Of a stretch of 64,000 nucleotides of DNA, positions 1 to 12,955 are shown in pieces. The notes beneath the pieces are model-generated. The model did not search any database. It had not been told where the DNA came from and saw nothing but the letters and a program-made list of their open reading frames with translations. The translations under genes and the position numbers were made by a program. Numbering within the stretch: position 1 is the first letter of the stretch; each line of letters starts with the position of its first letter. The DNA comes from the human T2T-CHM13v2.0 reference genome, Homo sapiens, in NCBI RefSeq assembly GCF_009914755.1, contig NC_060929.1; one strand, given 5' to 3'.

Positions 1-3000
1 TAGGTTCAAGTGTACATGTGCAGGTTTGTTACATATGTAAATTGCATGTCTTGGGAGTTTGGTGTATAGATTACTTCATCTCTCAGGTAATAAGCATAGT
101 ACCTGATAGGTAGCTTTTTGATCCTTCCTCTCCTCCCACCCCCCACCATCAAGTAGGCCCTGGTGTCTATTGTTCCCTTCTTTACATCCATGGTATTCAA
201 TGTTTAGCTCCCACTTATAAGCAAGAGCATGCAGAATTTGGTTTTCTGTTCCTGCATTAGGATAATGGCCTCTAGCTCCATCTATGTTGCTGCAAAGGAT
301 ACATTCTTGTTTCTTCTATGGCTGTGTAGTATTCCATGGTATATATGTACCGTATTTTCTTTATTCAGCCTTCTGTTGATGGGTATCTAGGTTAGTTCTT
401 TGCTATTGTGAATAGTGCTGTGATGAGTGAATATGTCTTTGCTATTGTGAATAGTGCTGTGATGAGCATACATGTGTATGTGTCTTTATGGTAGAATAAT
501 TTATGTTTCTTTGGGCATATACCCCAAAATGGGGCTGCTTGGTAATTTTGAGTTGTTTGAGAAATTGCCACATTGCTTTCCACAGTGGCTGAACTAATTT
601 ACGTTTTGCTCAGCAGCGTATAAACCTTCTCTTTTCTTGACAACCTTGCTAGGATCCGTTATTTTTTGACTTCTTAATAATAGTCATTCTGACTGGTATG
701 AGATGCTATCTCATTGTGGTTTTAATTTGAATTTCTCTAATGATTAGTGATGTTGAACATTTTTTCATATGCTTGTTGACTGAATGTATGTCTTCTTTCG
801 AAAAGTGTGTTCATGTCCTTTGCCCATTTTTTTAAATCCGACTGTTTGTTTGTTTCTTGTAAATTTGTTTTAAGTTCCTTATAGATTCTGGATATTAGAG
901 CTTGGTCAGAAGCATAGTTTGCAAATATTTTCTCCCATTCCTTAGGTTGTCTGTTTACTTTATTGATAGTTTCTTTTGCTCTGCAGAAGCTCTTTAATTA
1001 GGTACCACTTATCAATATTTGTTTTTGTTACAATTGCTTTTGGCATCTTCATCATGAAATCTTTGCCAGGGCCTATGTCCAGAATGATATTTCCTAAGTT
1101 ATATTCTAGATTTTTTTTTTATAGTTTTGGGTTTTACATTTAACTCCTTAGTCCATCTTTAGTTGATTTTTGTATATGGTATAATAAAGGAGTCTAGTTT
1201 CAGTCTTCTTCATATGGTTATCCTGTTATCCAATCATCATTTATTGATAGGTAGTCCTTTCCCTATTGCTTGTTTTTGTCAACATTGTTGAAGTTCAGAT
1301 AGTTCTAGGTGTGTGGCATTATTTCTGGGCTTTATTTTCTTTTCCATTGGTCTATGTGTCTGTTTTTGTACCAGTACCATGCTGTTTTGGTTATTGTTGC
1401 CTTGCAGTATAGCTCAAAGTTGGGTAATGTGATGCCTCCAGGTTTATTCTTTTTACTTAGGACTGCCTTTGCTATTCAGGCTCTTTTTTGGTTCCATATG
1501 AATTTTAAAATAGTTTTTTCTAATTTTGTGAAGAACATTATTGGTAATTTGATAGGTAATTTGAATCTGTACATTGCTTTGGGCAGTATGGCCATTTTAA
1601 CAATATTGATTCTTCCTATCCATGAGCATGGAATGTTTTTACATTTGTTTGTGTCATCTCTGATTTTTTTTTAACAGTGTTGTAGAGATCTTTCACCTGC
1701 CTGGTAAGCCGTATTCCTAGGTATCTTATTCTTTTTGTGGCTATTATGAATAAGATTGCATTCTTGATTTGGCGCTCAGCTTGGACATTATTGGTGTATA
1801 GAAATGCAACTGATTTTTGTACATTGATTTTGTATTCCGAAACTTTGGTGAACCTGTTTATCAGATCTAGGAGCTTTTGGGCCCAGAGAAACTATGGGGT
1901 ATTCTAGGTATAGAATAGTATCATCTGCAAGTAGAGATAGTTTGACTTCTTCTCTTCCTATTTGGTTGCCTTTTATTTCTTCCTCTTGCCTGATTGATCT
2001 GGCCAGCATTTTCAGTGCTATGTTGAATAAGAGTAGCGACAGTGGGCATCCTTGTCTTGTTCCAGCTCTCAAGGGAAATTCTCCCAGCTTTTGCCCATTC
2101 AGTATGATGTTGGCTGTGAATTTGTCATAGATGGTTCTTATTATTTTGAGGTATGTTCCATCAGTGCCTAGTTTGTTGAGAGTTTTTAATATGAAGGGAA
2201 GTTGAATTTTATCAAAAGTGTTTTCTGCATCTATTGAGATAATCATGTGGTTTTTGTTTTTAGTTCTGTTTATGTGTCAAATCAGATTTATTGATTTGTG
2301 TATACTGAACCAATCTTGTATTCCAAGGATAAAGTCTACTTAATTGTGGTGGATTAGCTTTTTGATGTGCTGCTGAATTCAGTTTGCTAGCATTTTATCG
2401 CGGATTTGTGCATCTATGTTCATCAAAGATATTAACTTGAAGTTTTCTTTTTTTGCTGTGTCTCTACCAGGTTTTGGTATCAGGATGATGCTGGCCTCAT
2501 AGAATAATTTACATAGGAGCCCCTCCTCTTCAATTTTTTGGAATAGTTTCAGTAGAAATGGTACCAGCTCTTCTTTATACATTTAGTAGAATTCAGCTAT
2601 GAATTCTTCTGGTCATGGTTTTCTTCTGGTTGGTAGGCTTTTTATTATTGACTCAATTTCAGAACTTGTTATTGGTCTGTTCAGGGATTCAGTTTCTTTC
2701 TGGTGCAATCTTGAGGGGTTGCATGTGCCTAGGAATTTATCCCTTTCTTCTAATTTGTGTACGTAGAGGTGTTCATAGCAGTCTCTAAGGGTTTTTTGTA
2801 TTTCTGAAGGGACAGTGGTAATGTCCCCTTTGTCATTTCTAGTTCTGTTTATTTGGATCTTCTCTGTCTTTTTTTTCTATATTTTTAGTCTAGCTAGCAG
2901 TCTATCTGTCTTATTTATCATTTTAAGGAATCCACTCCTGGAATTGTTGATTTGTATTTTTTTTTTTTTTTTTGTATCTCAATTTCCTTTAGTGCAGTTC

Positions 3001-6000
3001 TGATTTTGGTTATTTTTAATCTTCTGCTACATTTGGGGTTACTTTGCTCTTGTTTCTCTAGCTCCTCTAGGTGTGATGTTAGGTTGTTAATTTGAAATCT
3101 TTCTAACTTTTTGATGTGAATGTTAGTGCTATAAACTTGCCTCTTAACACTGCCTTAGCTGTGTCCCAGATATTCTGATATGTTGTATCTTTGTTTTCAT
3201 TAGTTTCAAGGAATTTCTTAATTTCTACCTTAATTTCATTGCTTATCCAAAAGTTATTTAGGAGCAAGTTTTAAAATTTCCATGTAATTTTATGGTTTTG
3301 AGTGATCTTCTTAGTATTGATTTCTATTTTTCTTGCCTGTGATCTGAGAATGTTTGGTATAATTTCAGGTTTTTAAAATTTGCTGAGGATTGTTTTATGG
3401 CTGATTGTATGGTTGATTTTAGAGTATGTGCCATGTGCATATGAGAAGAATATATATGATATTTCTTTTGGGTGGAGAGTTCTGTAGATGTCTTTTAGGC
3501 CCATTGGGTCAAGGGTCAAGTTCAGGTCCAAAAATATTTGTTTTCTGCCATGATGATCTGTCTTATAGTCACTGAGGTATTGAAGTCCCTACTATTATTG
3601 TGTGGCTATCTCAGTCTCTTCATAGGTCTCTAAGAACTTCCTTTATGCATCTGGGTGCCCTTGTTTTGGGTGCATATATATTTAGGATAGTTAGATCCTC
3701 TTGTTGAATCAAACCCTTTACCATTATGTAATGCCCTTGTCTTTTTTGATCATTAGTGGCTTAAGGTTTTTTTGTGTGAAATTAGAACAGCAACCTTTTC
3801 CTTTTTCTGTTTTCCATTTTCTTGATAGATTTTTCTCCATCGCTTTACTTTGACTCTATGGCTGTCATTGCATGTGAGATGGGTCTCTTGAAGACAGCAT
3901 ACAGTTGTGTCTTCCTCTTGCTTCTACATCCAACTTGCCACCCTGTGCCTTTTAGTTGGGGCATTTAGCCCATTTACATTCAAGGTTAATATTGATATGT
4001 GTGAATTTGGTTCTGTCCTTATATTGTAAGTTGATTACTATGCAGACTTGATTGTGTTTTTGCTTTATAGTGTCAGTGATCTACATACTTAAGTGTGTTT
4101 TTGTGGTCCCTGATAATGGTCTTTCTTTTCCATATTTAGCACTCTTTTAAGGACCTCTCATAAGGCAAGTCTGATGGTAATGAATTCCCTTAGCATTTAC
4201 TTGTCTGAAAAGGATCTTGCTTCTCCTTTACTTATGAAGCTTAGTTTTTCTGGATATGAAATTCTTTGTTGGAATTTCTTTTCTTTCAGAATGCTGAATA
4301 TAGGCCCGAATCTCTTCTGGCTTATAGGATTTCTGCTGAAGGGTTCAATGTTAGCCTAATGCAGTTCCCTTTGTAGGTGACCTGCCCCTTTTCTCTGGCT
4401 GCTTTTAACAGTTTTTCTTTCATTTTTACCTTGGAGAATCTAATGACTATGTTTCTTAGGAATGGTCATCTTGTGTAGTATCTTGCAGGGGTTCTCTGCA
4501 TTTCACGGATTTGAATGTTTCTTATATAGTGAGCTTGAAAAAAATTTCATGGATGATATTCTCAAATATGTTTTCTAAGTTGCTTGCTTTTTCTCTCCCT
4601 TTCAGGGATGCCAATGAGTCATAGATTTAGTCTCTTTACATAATCCCATATTTCTTGGAGATTTTGTTCATTCTTCTTTATTATTTTTTCTTAGTTTTGC
4701 TCGACTGTGGTATTTTAGAGAACTAGTCTTTGAGCTCTGTGAGTCTTCCTTTAGCTTGGTTAATTTTGCTGTTAATACTTGCAGTTGACATTTGAAATTC
4801 TTGAAGTGAGTTTCTTAGCTCTATCAGATGAGTTTGGCTCTTTCTTTAAATGGCCATTTTGTCTTTTATCTCCTATGTAACTTTATTTTATTCCTTAGAT
4901 TCCTTGGATTGGGTTTCAACTTTCTACCAGATGTCAATGATCTTCATTCCTATCCATATTCTGAATTCAATTTCTGTCATTTCAGCCATTTCAGCTTGGT
5001 TAAGAACCATTGCTGGGATACTATTGTCATTTGGACATAAAAAGACACTCTGGGTCTTTGAATTGCCAGAGTCCTTGTGCTGGTTCTTTCTCATCTGTGT
5101 GGGATGATGTTCCTTCAATCTTTGAAGCTGCTGTCCTGTGGATGAGTTTCTTTCCTTTTATCTTCTTTGAATTCTTTGGCAGTTTGATTGTGGTATAAGG
5201 TGGGTTCAGTTGACTGGGTTTGTTTCTGGAAGATTTTAGGTGGCTGAGGCTCAGCTCAGTGCTCCCTGTCTACATGTTCTTACTCTGGGAGGCTGGTACT
5301 GGGTCTCCAGCTTTGTTCTCTGGCCCCTCAAAGTTAGGAACCTGCTGTTCCAGAGGGACCAAAGTGTGCCCAGTCCACTGGCCACCACACTTTGAAGGGT
5401 GATGTTGGCCAAAGCACTTCATTGGGGTGGTGGCAGCATGATCCATGCTCACTTACACATGCCAGTAGCCATGGCAGTGGTGGGGTGCATGCGTGCTAGC
5501 TGGCAGAAGCAGGGCTGCAGCATTCCTGCATGTGCTTCCACTGGCAGTGGGGCAGAAGTGGGGTTGCCTGCATGTGTTCGTACTGTCGGCAGTGGTGGTG
5601 CGGGGGGGGTGGGGTTGCCAGTGTCTGTGTGTGTTTGCACCAGCAGTGGTCTTGGCATGGGGGTGTGAAGCCATCGGTATTTATTGGTGCATTCACAACA
5701 GTTGTGGTATCAGCATGGGTGGGGCAAGATTGCTGGTGTTTGTTTGTATATTTGCACCAGCAATGGTGGTGTGGTTGAGTGCCCACATGTTAGCTGGGGG
5801 TGGGGGTGGTGGGTTGCGCTCATATCGGCAGCAGCAGCAGGGTCTGCACACACAGCACTGGGAGGAGAGGGAGTGTGAGGCTCACCCGTGTGCACACACC
5901 AGCAAAGCAGTTGGGGATAGGGGAAAGGCTGTGGGCAAGTGAACGCCAGAAAAGTGGCACAGGGGAAGCTGTGATGAAAAGAGACTGTGTGGGCTGGTGT

Positions 6001-6705
6001 GCATCAGCAGGGGTCGCTCTACTGGAGCTCTCTGATAGTCAGGCAAGGTCTGCCGACAAAGGAGCTATGATGAGGGTTCCTGGAAGCACCCTGGTTGAAC
6101 ATCTGAGGCTGCACTGCCGTCAGGTGAGGCCAAGCTGGGGCCCCAGCAGAGGCCAACAGACAGGAGAGAACTCAGGGTGGACTTGCCGCATCTCAAAGAC
6201 AAGACCACCCTGCTCTGTCCAGGTCTGACAGTTACTCTGTGGCCAAAGTCGCCTAGAGGACCATGACGAGCCTTGGGGGATGGGTGTCCCTGGCCAGCTC
6301 CACTGCAGCTGCTCCCACACCAAACTCCGCAGGCTCCACACAGGCTGGAGTCCTGCTCCTACCCCCTCTCTAAGCAGCTCTCCCTGCCAGCTCAAGTGTC
6401 CATGGGGGTCATGGGGTTTTCTGCTGCCTGGAGTCTGGAGGTCCATGGTGGGAGTGGGCTGCTCCTTACCTGTTCAACCCACCCCTTCCCCAGGAGTCGC
6501 TGGGGGCTAGGAATGAGTCCCAGTGATCAGCAGACCTGTGCAGGGCATCCAGCTTTTTTCCCCTTCAGCCCGCATGTGTCCTCACTCTGTCCACTCTGAA
6601 TGCCTTTCCTCTGAAGGTCTGCTGAAAGTGTGCCAGTCTTCCTGACATCCCAGTCTCCCAGTCTCAGATGTTCCTCCTGGGTGCACTTCTTGGCCACTGT
6701 GGCTG
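1..6705 (-). mobile_element. Near full-length degenerate LINE-1 (L1PA15/16- or L1PB-age); 3' tail runs off the left edge
   Basis: 3'UTR motif gtacatgtgcaggtttgttac at the window start. ORF2 RT peptides [24 protein letters not shown] (1788-2246) and [27 protein letters not shown] (2379-2582). ORF1 N-terminus MRKNQHKDSGNSK..EMTEIEFRIWIGMK (4924-5118). GC-rich 5'UTR at ~5150-6700. Many stops and frameshifts. Confidence 0.95.
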
Positions 6706-7505
6706 AGACTCAACTGTATTTTTTAAAGGAATATGTGATAAGAACATTGAAACTTGATATTTCAAATCATTTGGACCAATTCCAAAAAACACTCATGCAT
6801 GGCTTTGAGAAGCCTCTTCACAATCAGAAAAATTTTTGAGACAATTATACACAACCAGGAAAACACTGAAATATTGTTTTTTCTCCAAGATTATTTAGAT
6901 TCCTAGCTTCAGCTCTAATGACAGAACCATGGAAGAGAAGGCTTTGTCTCCTGTTAAAATTATTTCAGCGATCAAAAACTCTGACAGGAAGTTTGGCGAG
7001 AGTTTAATCTTTTCCTAGGCTATGAGGCAGGCCCCAGGGAGGAAGAGGAGTTGGGAGGACTGTGTAGTTTTTCTAGAACTTTTGACATCATTCTACTTCA
7101 TCTGCTGCCTTCTCTTCCATGCAATAAGGTCTGCCCTGGGATCCCTATCCAATTTGTAATACTGTTAAAAAAAAAAAGTAGTAAACCATGGCCAGGGGCT
7201 AGGTCTAAGTGAGGTCAACTTTCCATTTGAGAGAGGAACAGGCTGGGGTGTGTGGGTGCAAGATTGGGTTTCCCAGCAGCAAAAATGTGTAATGCAGATA
7301 TTTGCCAATCATTTTTCTTTTTTTGGTCTTGAGATAGTCCTTGTTGTTTTGACTAGGCAGTGTGTTATACTTTGCCTAGGATTATTTTCTGAGATGGTTG
7401 CTTACTTTCTTTCTTTCTCTCCTCACTTCTTCTTTGTCCAATAGGCTTTATTTTCTAATCTTCTTTGTGTCATGATTTCTCCCTCCCTTCTATTTTGTAT
7501 GCAAC

Positions 7506-8163
7506 TGTAGCCGATGCCTGGTGATCCATACATATGCCTAAAGCCATTCCAGAGTCATCTGCCAGCAAAACCTGCACACTCTGACGGCTCTGTGCATCTC
7601 TTTGCCTGAGGGTGGTCTCTGACAGGGGGAGCAAGCCAAAAGACAAGGTAGTTAATTCTTCATGGATGACTCTTATCCAATAAGGGATAGGAGTTGGTGG
7701 ATAGCTATCTTAGTTTCCTTCCCCATCAGATGAGACAATTCTGGGCCAGGATCTGCACCAGCACTGTCCAACAGAACTTTATGTAATAGTGGAAATGTTC
7801 CACCACCTACCCTGTCCAAAATGGTAGCCACTAGCCACATGAAGCTATTGAGCACTTGAAATGTGGCTAGTGTGAATGAGGAACTGAAATTTAAATTTTA
7901 GTTAATTTAAATGGAAATTTAAATAGCCATATGTAGTGAGTGGCTACTGGGTTAGACAGTGCACACACACAGTCTCTCAGAAGGTCTCTGGCAGGATTGA
8001 GCGTCATTGTTGTCCCCCACTTATTACTCTACCTCTCATTGGCTTTACTCTTTCCTGCCTCACTCCCCCAACCCTCTGTACTTTCTGGAATTACTCTCCA
8101 AGTAAATAACAGGCTTAGAAATTCTTTTCTCAGAGACTGTTTGAGGGGATCCCAACCTAAGAA
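7506..8163 (+). mobile_element. LTR16-like ERVL solo LTR, interrupted by MER3
   Basis: Ends ctgtttgaggggatcccaacctaaga, resembling the LTR16 terminus; colinear on both sides of the MER3. Confidence 0.6.
7758..7963. mobile_element. MER3 (hAT-Charlie MITE)
   Basis: cagcactgtcca ... tagacagtgca inverted termini; internal gtagccactagccacatg / gagcacttgaaatgtggctag. Confidence 0.85.
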
Positions 8164-8616
8164 GCATTTGTTCTGCCTTTTCTGGTCCTGCTCTGTCTCT
8201 CTCCTAGTGTCTCTGACCCTTTTTCTGTGCTTCTGCCTCTGTATTCCTGCCTCCCAGTGGGTCTAAATGTACTAGGGTGTCAACGTGGGACTTTTCTGTG
8301 CACAATGTAGACATCATTACGGTGCTGTGATGAGTGGAAACAGGCCTCAACTGTTTGCTTCCATTCTCAAAGGCCACCTTCTGACACTCTGGTGTGCACT
8401 ACAAGGAAAATACAAAAGAAATAATTTTCTTTATTCCTTCTGACTCTTGTTTTATTACCACAGGAATACACAGAAATCAAATTACCTATGTCCTTGGGCT
8501 TTTGCTGTAGGTCACATTCATCTCTTAAAAGGAAGTAAAACAAAATAAAATAGAAATGGCTACTGCATATTCAAAGAAAGATCTTTTTCAAAAGACAAGA
8601 ACAGTCTACTTGTTAA

Positions 8617-9189
<573 letters not shown>

Positions 9190-10413
9190 TAATTCAAGCT
9201 GATTTACTAACACCAAGAGTTTCTCAGACAAAATCTGCTGTGTCAGTCCTATGAGCAGGCAGAAAGATAGGACAATATGAGGTGACATCCAAATTACAAC
9301 ACAGGTGGACTAGCCAAGGAAAACATTTCGCTTTCAGGAAGCAGTGTGCTGTTTGTTACTCTAGGGTGATAATGTTATGAAGAACATAAAGACAAGTTAT
9401 TTTTGAATGTGTTTGGGGTTTTCTGTAATAATTTTTACCTTTTTTCTGTTATCTTTAATTCTTATTTATTCTAATTCCAGAATTGAAAACAAGAAAGCAA
9501 AGCTCCCATTATTTCTACATACATGATATGTTATATAGAAAATCCTAAAGAGTGTATAGACAAACTATAAGGACTCATAGGTAAATACAGTGTGGGTACA
9601 AAAATCAATTATATTTCAATACATAAGCCACCAAAAATACAAAATCCAATGTAAAATATATTGTGCAATTTAAAACAGTGTCAAAAATAAGCGAATGGAG
9701 TAAATCTGACCAAATATGTGCAAGGTCTCTTCACTGAAAACTCCAAAACATTACTAAGAAAAATTAAAGAAGATGTTATAAATGGAAGGGTGTGTCAATG
9801 TCATGACCCCAAAGACTCAATATTATTAAGACATCATTATCTTCAAATTGATTCTTAAATCCATGCAATCTTATTTTAACGCCAAGCAGGATTGTTTTGT
9901 GGAAATTGACAGTCTGATTACAAAATTTATGCAAAGAACCAAGAACACACAACTCAGTCTTGAAGAACAAAAGCAAAACAGGAGCACTGAAGCTAAACTA
10001 TGATAATTAAGGCCGTGGTATTCATGCAAGAAAAGAAATATTGACTAATGGAAGAAAATGGAGTTCACAAGCAGACCCTGATGTATACATTCATCTGACT
10101 TATGGCAAAGATAACACTGCAGTGTAGCAAGGAAAGAGTGAGTCACTTGGATGTCCATGTGAGAAAGAAACATATCTGGACCCTGTCTCACACTACACAA
10201 AAAGTAAATTCTGAAAGAATTGTAGATCTAAGCGTGAAAGTTAAAATGATAGAATCCTTAAAGGAAAAACATATCAGAATATTTTCATGACCTTGGGAGA
10301 GGTAGAAATTTCTTTGAAAAAAATCGAAAATGTACCCACCATCAAAGAAAAATCTATAAATTGGACCATATTGAAATCAGAAACTTATGTTTACAAAGAT
10401 CATCATTGGAAAG

Positions 10414-10804
10414 TCTATTAGTTCATTCTTGTATTGCTATAAAGAAATACCTGAGAATGGGTAATTAATAGGAAAGGAGGTTTAATTGGCTCATGCTTCT
10501 GCAGGCTGTACAGGAAGCATAGCAGCATCTGCATCTGGGGAGGCCTCAGGAAGCTTTTACTCATGCAGGAAGGCAAAGGGGGAGCAGGCATCCTACATGG
10601 TGGCAGCAGGAGCAGAGAGGGTGGGAGAGGCGCTACAGACTTTTAAACAACCAGAACTCACTCACTATCAAGATGACAGTACCAAAGGGGATGGTGTTAA
10701 ACCATTTGTGAGAAACCACCCCAAGATCCAATCACCTACCACCAGGCTTCACCTCCAACATTGAACATGCGATTTGGGTGGGGACACAGATCCAAACCAT
10801 ATCA
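10414..10804 (-). mobile_element. MSTA-like MaLR solo LTR
   Basis: Termini tctattagttc..attgctataaagaaatacctgaga and gacacagatccaaaccatatca; 5-bp TSD gaaag/aaaag. Confidence 0.9.
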
Positions 10805-11267
10805 AAAAGGTAAATATTCAACCCATGTGTGGGACGAGATATTTGCAGGACATATATCCAAAATGTTCTATATCCAGAATATATTTTAAAAAGCAACAAA
10901 TAATAAAGAAACCAGAAACAACCAGTAGAAAAATGGGTAAGAGACTCAAACAGACATACCACGAAAGAGGATATCTGGATGGCCAATAAGCATATGCAAA
11001 GGTGCTCAGCCTCATTAGTCATTGAGGAAATGCAAAATAAAATCACAATGGGATGCCACAACACACTGACTGAAATAGTTAAAATGAGAAAAGAATAAAA
11101 ATGCCAAGCATTGGCTAATCTGTGGTGCAATCAGAATGCCATACGCAGCTGATAGGATGTGCACTGATAAAACACCCTGGTGAGCTGTTTGGCAGTATCT
11201 ATTAAATCCACACATATGCATACGCTATGAGTAGTAATTCCACTCCTAGATATATGCCCAACAAACG

Positions 11268-11605
11268 TGTATATATATATATATATACATAGTCCTGGAT
11301 GGAAGGCACTTTTTCACATTTTCTTGAATAGCTTCAAAGATAATTCAGTATGAGATTAATTTTGACTCCTTTGTGTGTGTGTGTGTGTGTATGTACACAC
11401 AAACGTGTGTACATACTAATAGTGCTGCTATAAATATTTTTGAACATTCCCTGATAAATATATATATGTATTCTTGAACATTCCCTGATATACATATATA
11501 AACATATATATTATTTATTATATAAAAAGTTTTAATATATTATTTATTATTATATATAAATATATTATATATAAATATTTAATATGTGTGTGTATATATG
11601 TATAT
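11268..11605. repeat. (TA)n/(TG)n microsatellites and AT-rich low complexity containing templated copies
   Basis: Direct reading; see findings. Confidence 0.9.
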
Positions 11606-12955
11606 CAGGAATGTTCAAGAATATTTATAGCAACACTATTCAAAATAGCCGGAAACTACCCAAATGCCCATCCACAGTAGAATGAATAAATTGTAGTATA
11701 GTCACACAATGGAATACTTTGGAACAATGAGAATGAATGATCTACAACTATATCATGCAATATCGATGAATTCACAAATATGATCTTCACTAAAAGAAGC
11801 CAGACACAAAAAGTATGTATGATGTAATTCCATTTATATAAAGTACCAAATAGGCCAATTGTTGTCAGCATAGGGTTACCTCAAGAGTGTAGTAACTAGG
11901 AAGCAAAACAAGGACATTCTCTTTCTTAGGTGCTGGTTTTATGGGTATGTTTCTTCCATGAAAATTCATTGAGCTTAATACTTGTGCTCTGTGTCGTCTA
12001 CATAATACTATGGTGAAAAGTGACAAAAAATCAAGCATTTGTGCTAGATATGTCTTTTGATGGAAGGACACTATTTTCACATTTTCTTGAATAGCTTAAA
12101 GATAATTCACTATGGGATTAATTTTGACTCCTTTGGTCTCCCCACCCTTCCTACCTTTTGACTATTTTTTATAACAGAGGGTGAGTGGGAAGAAGCAGGA
12201 ACAAGAGACAAAGTCCATTCACCCAGGTGTTACTTTTCAAAAAATTTAAGGGATTAGTAAAATATTCTAAATAAATGTGTTAATATTATAGAAATCTATA
12301 GTACTTTCTTTGTGTATGACCACTGATTTGTTGCCTGGGAATATGGAAAATTTTTGTGTGGAACATTTAATATTTATGGAATATTTCAGTTATCTGTGGG
12401 ACCTCAGTGTTATTGCAGAGATAATAGATCAGATGATGCTAAAGCCTTTGTTGTTTTAACAGATTAAAATGGGACCACACCCATCGTTGGAGTCCACCCC
12501 TCCTTGTATATTTCAGTTAGGTTGTCTCTGAAATGTTAAGTGGAGAAATGTGTTTTCTTTAAATCCGTGGAGGGACCAAACTTTAATATTATTCAAAAGT
12601 TTATTTCTGCCAGAGATTTAAAGTTGACAAAAGAATCTATTTTCCCTTTTTTTGAGATCAATGACACATTAATTTGATATGTTATTCTCTCAATGTCCAC
12701 GTCAAGGATGTTTCATATAAAATTAAACAACACGTTATATACATGGTCGAAATTCTTCATAAGAAAATATTTTTCCCCTTGCTCCATCCTCTTTCCCCCA
12801 CTTTTCTGTTTCTCTCTCATTTTTTTTCCTTTTTAAATTTCACTTGACTGAAGGAAGAAGAATAATCTCATTTTTCTACCTACCTAGTGGGTTTATCTCT
12901 CATTAGAACACTTAATCCTTTCTTTGGTCTTATCCCTTAAGAGTAGAAGATTGGG

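Larger units (their letters stand above)
9485..12030 (+). mobile_element. Old L1M (L1MC/MD/ME-type) ORF2 3' half and 3'UTR, interrupted by an MST LTR and a complex insertion
   Basis: A-rich degenerate ORF2 motifs (atagaaaatcctaaaga, gaaattgacagtctgatt, ctcattagtcattgaggaaatgcaaaataaaatcaca) and 3'UTR motif aagaagccagacacaaaa. Confidence 0.85.

Noticed and set aside
1309-5118. ORFs with RT/ORF1-like or hydrophobic peptides
   Set aside because: Broken frames or antisense frames of a dead L1, not a host gene
5220-6599. Dense overlapping ORFs suggesting a GC-rich gene
   Set aside because: Stop-poor L1 5'UTR
8425-8550. Plus-strand acceptor-like sites here and near 23694, 33840 and 62890
   Set aside because: No convincing paired donor or frame; such motifs are common in T-rich DNA
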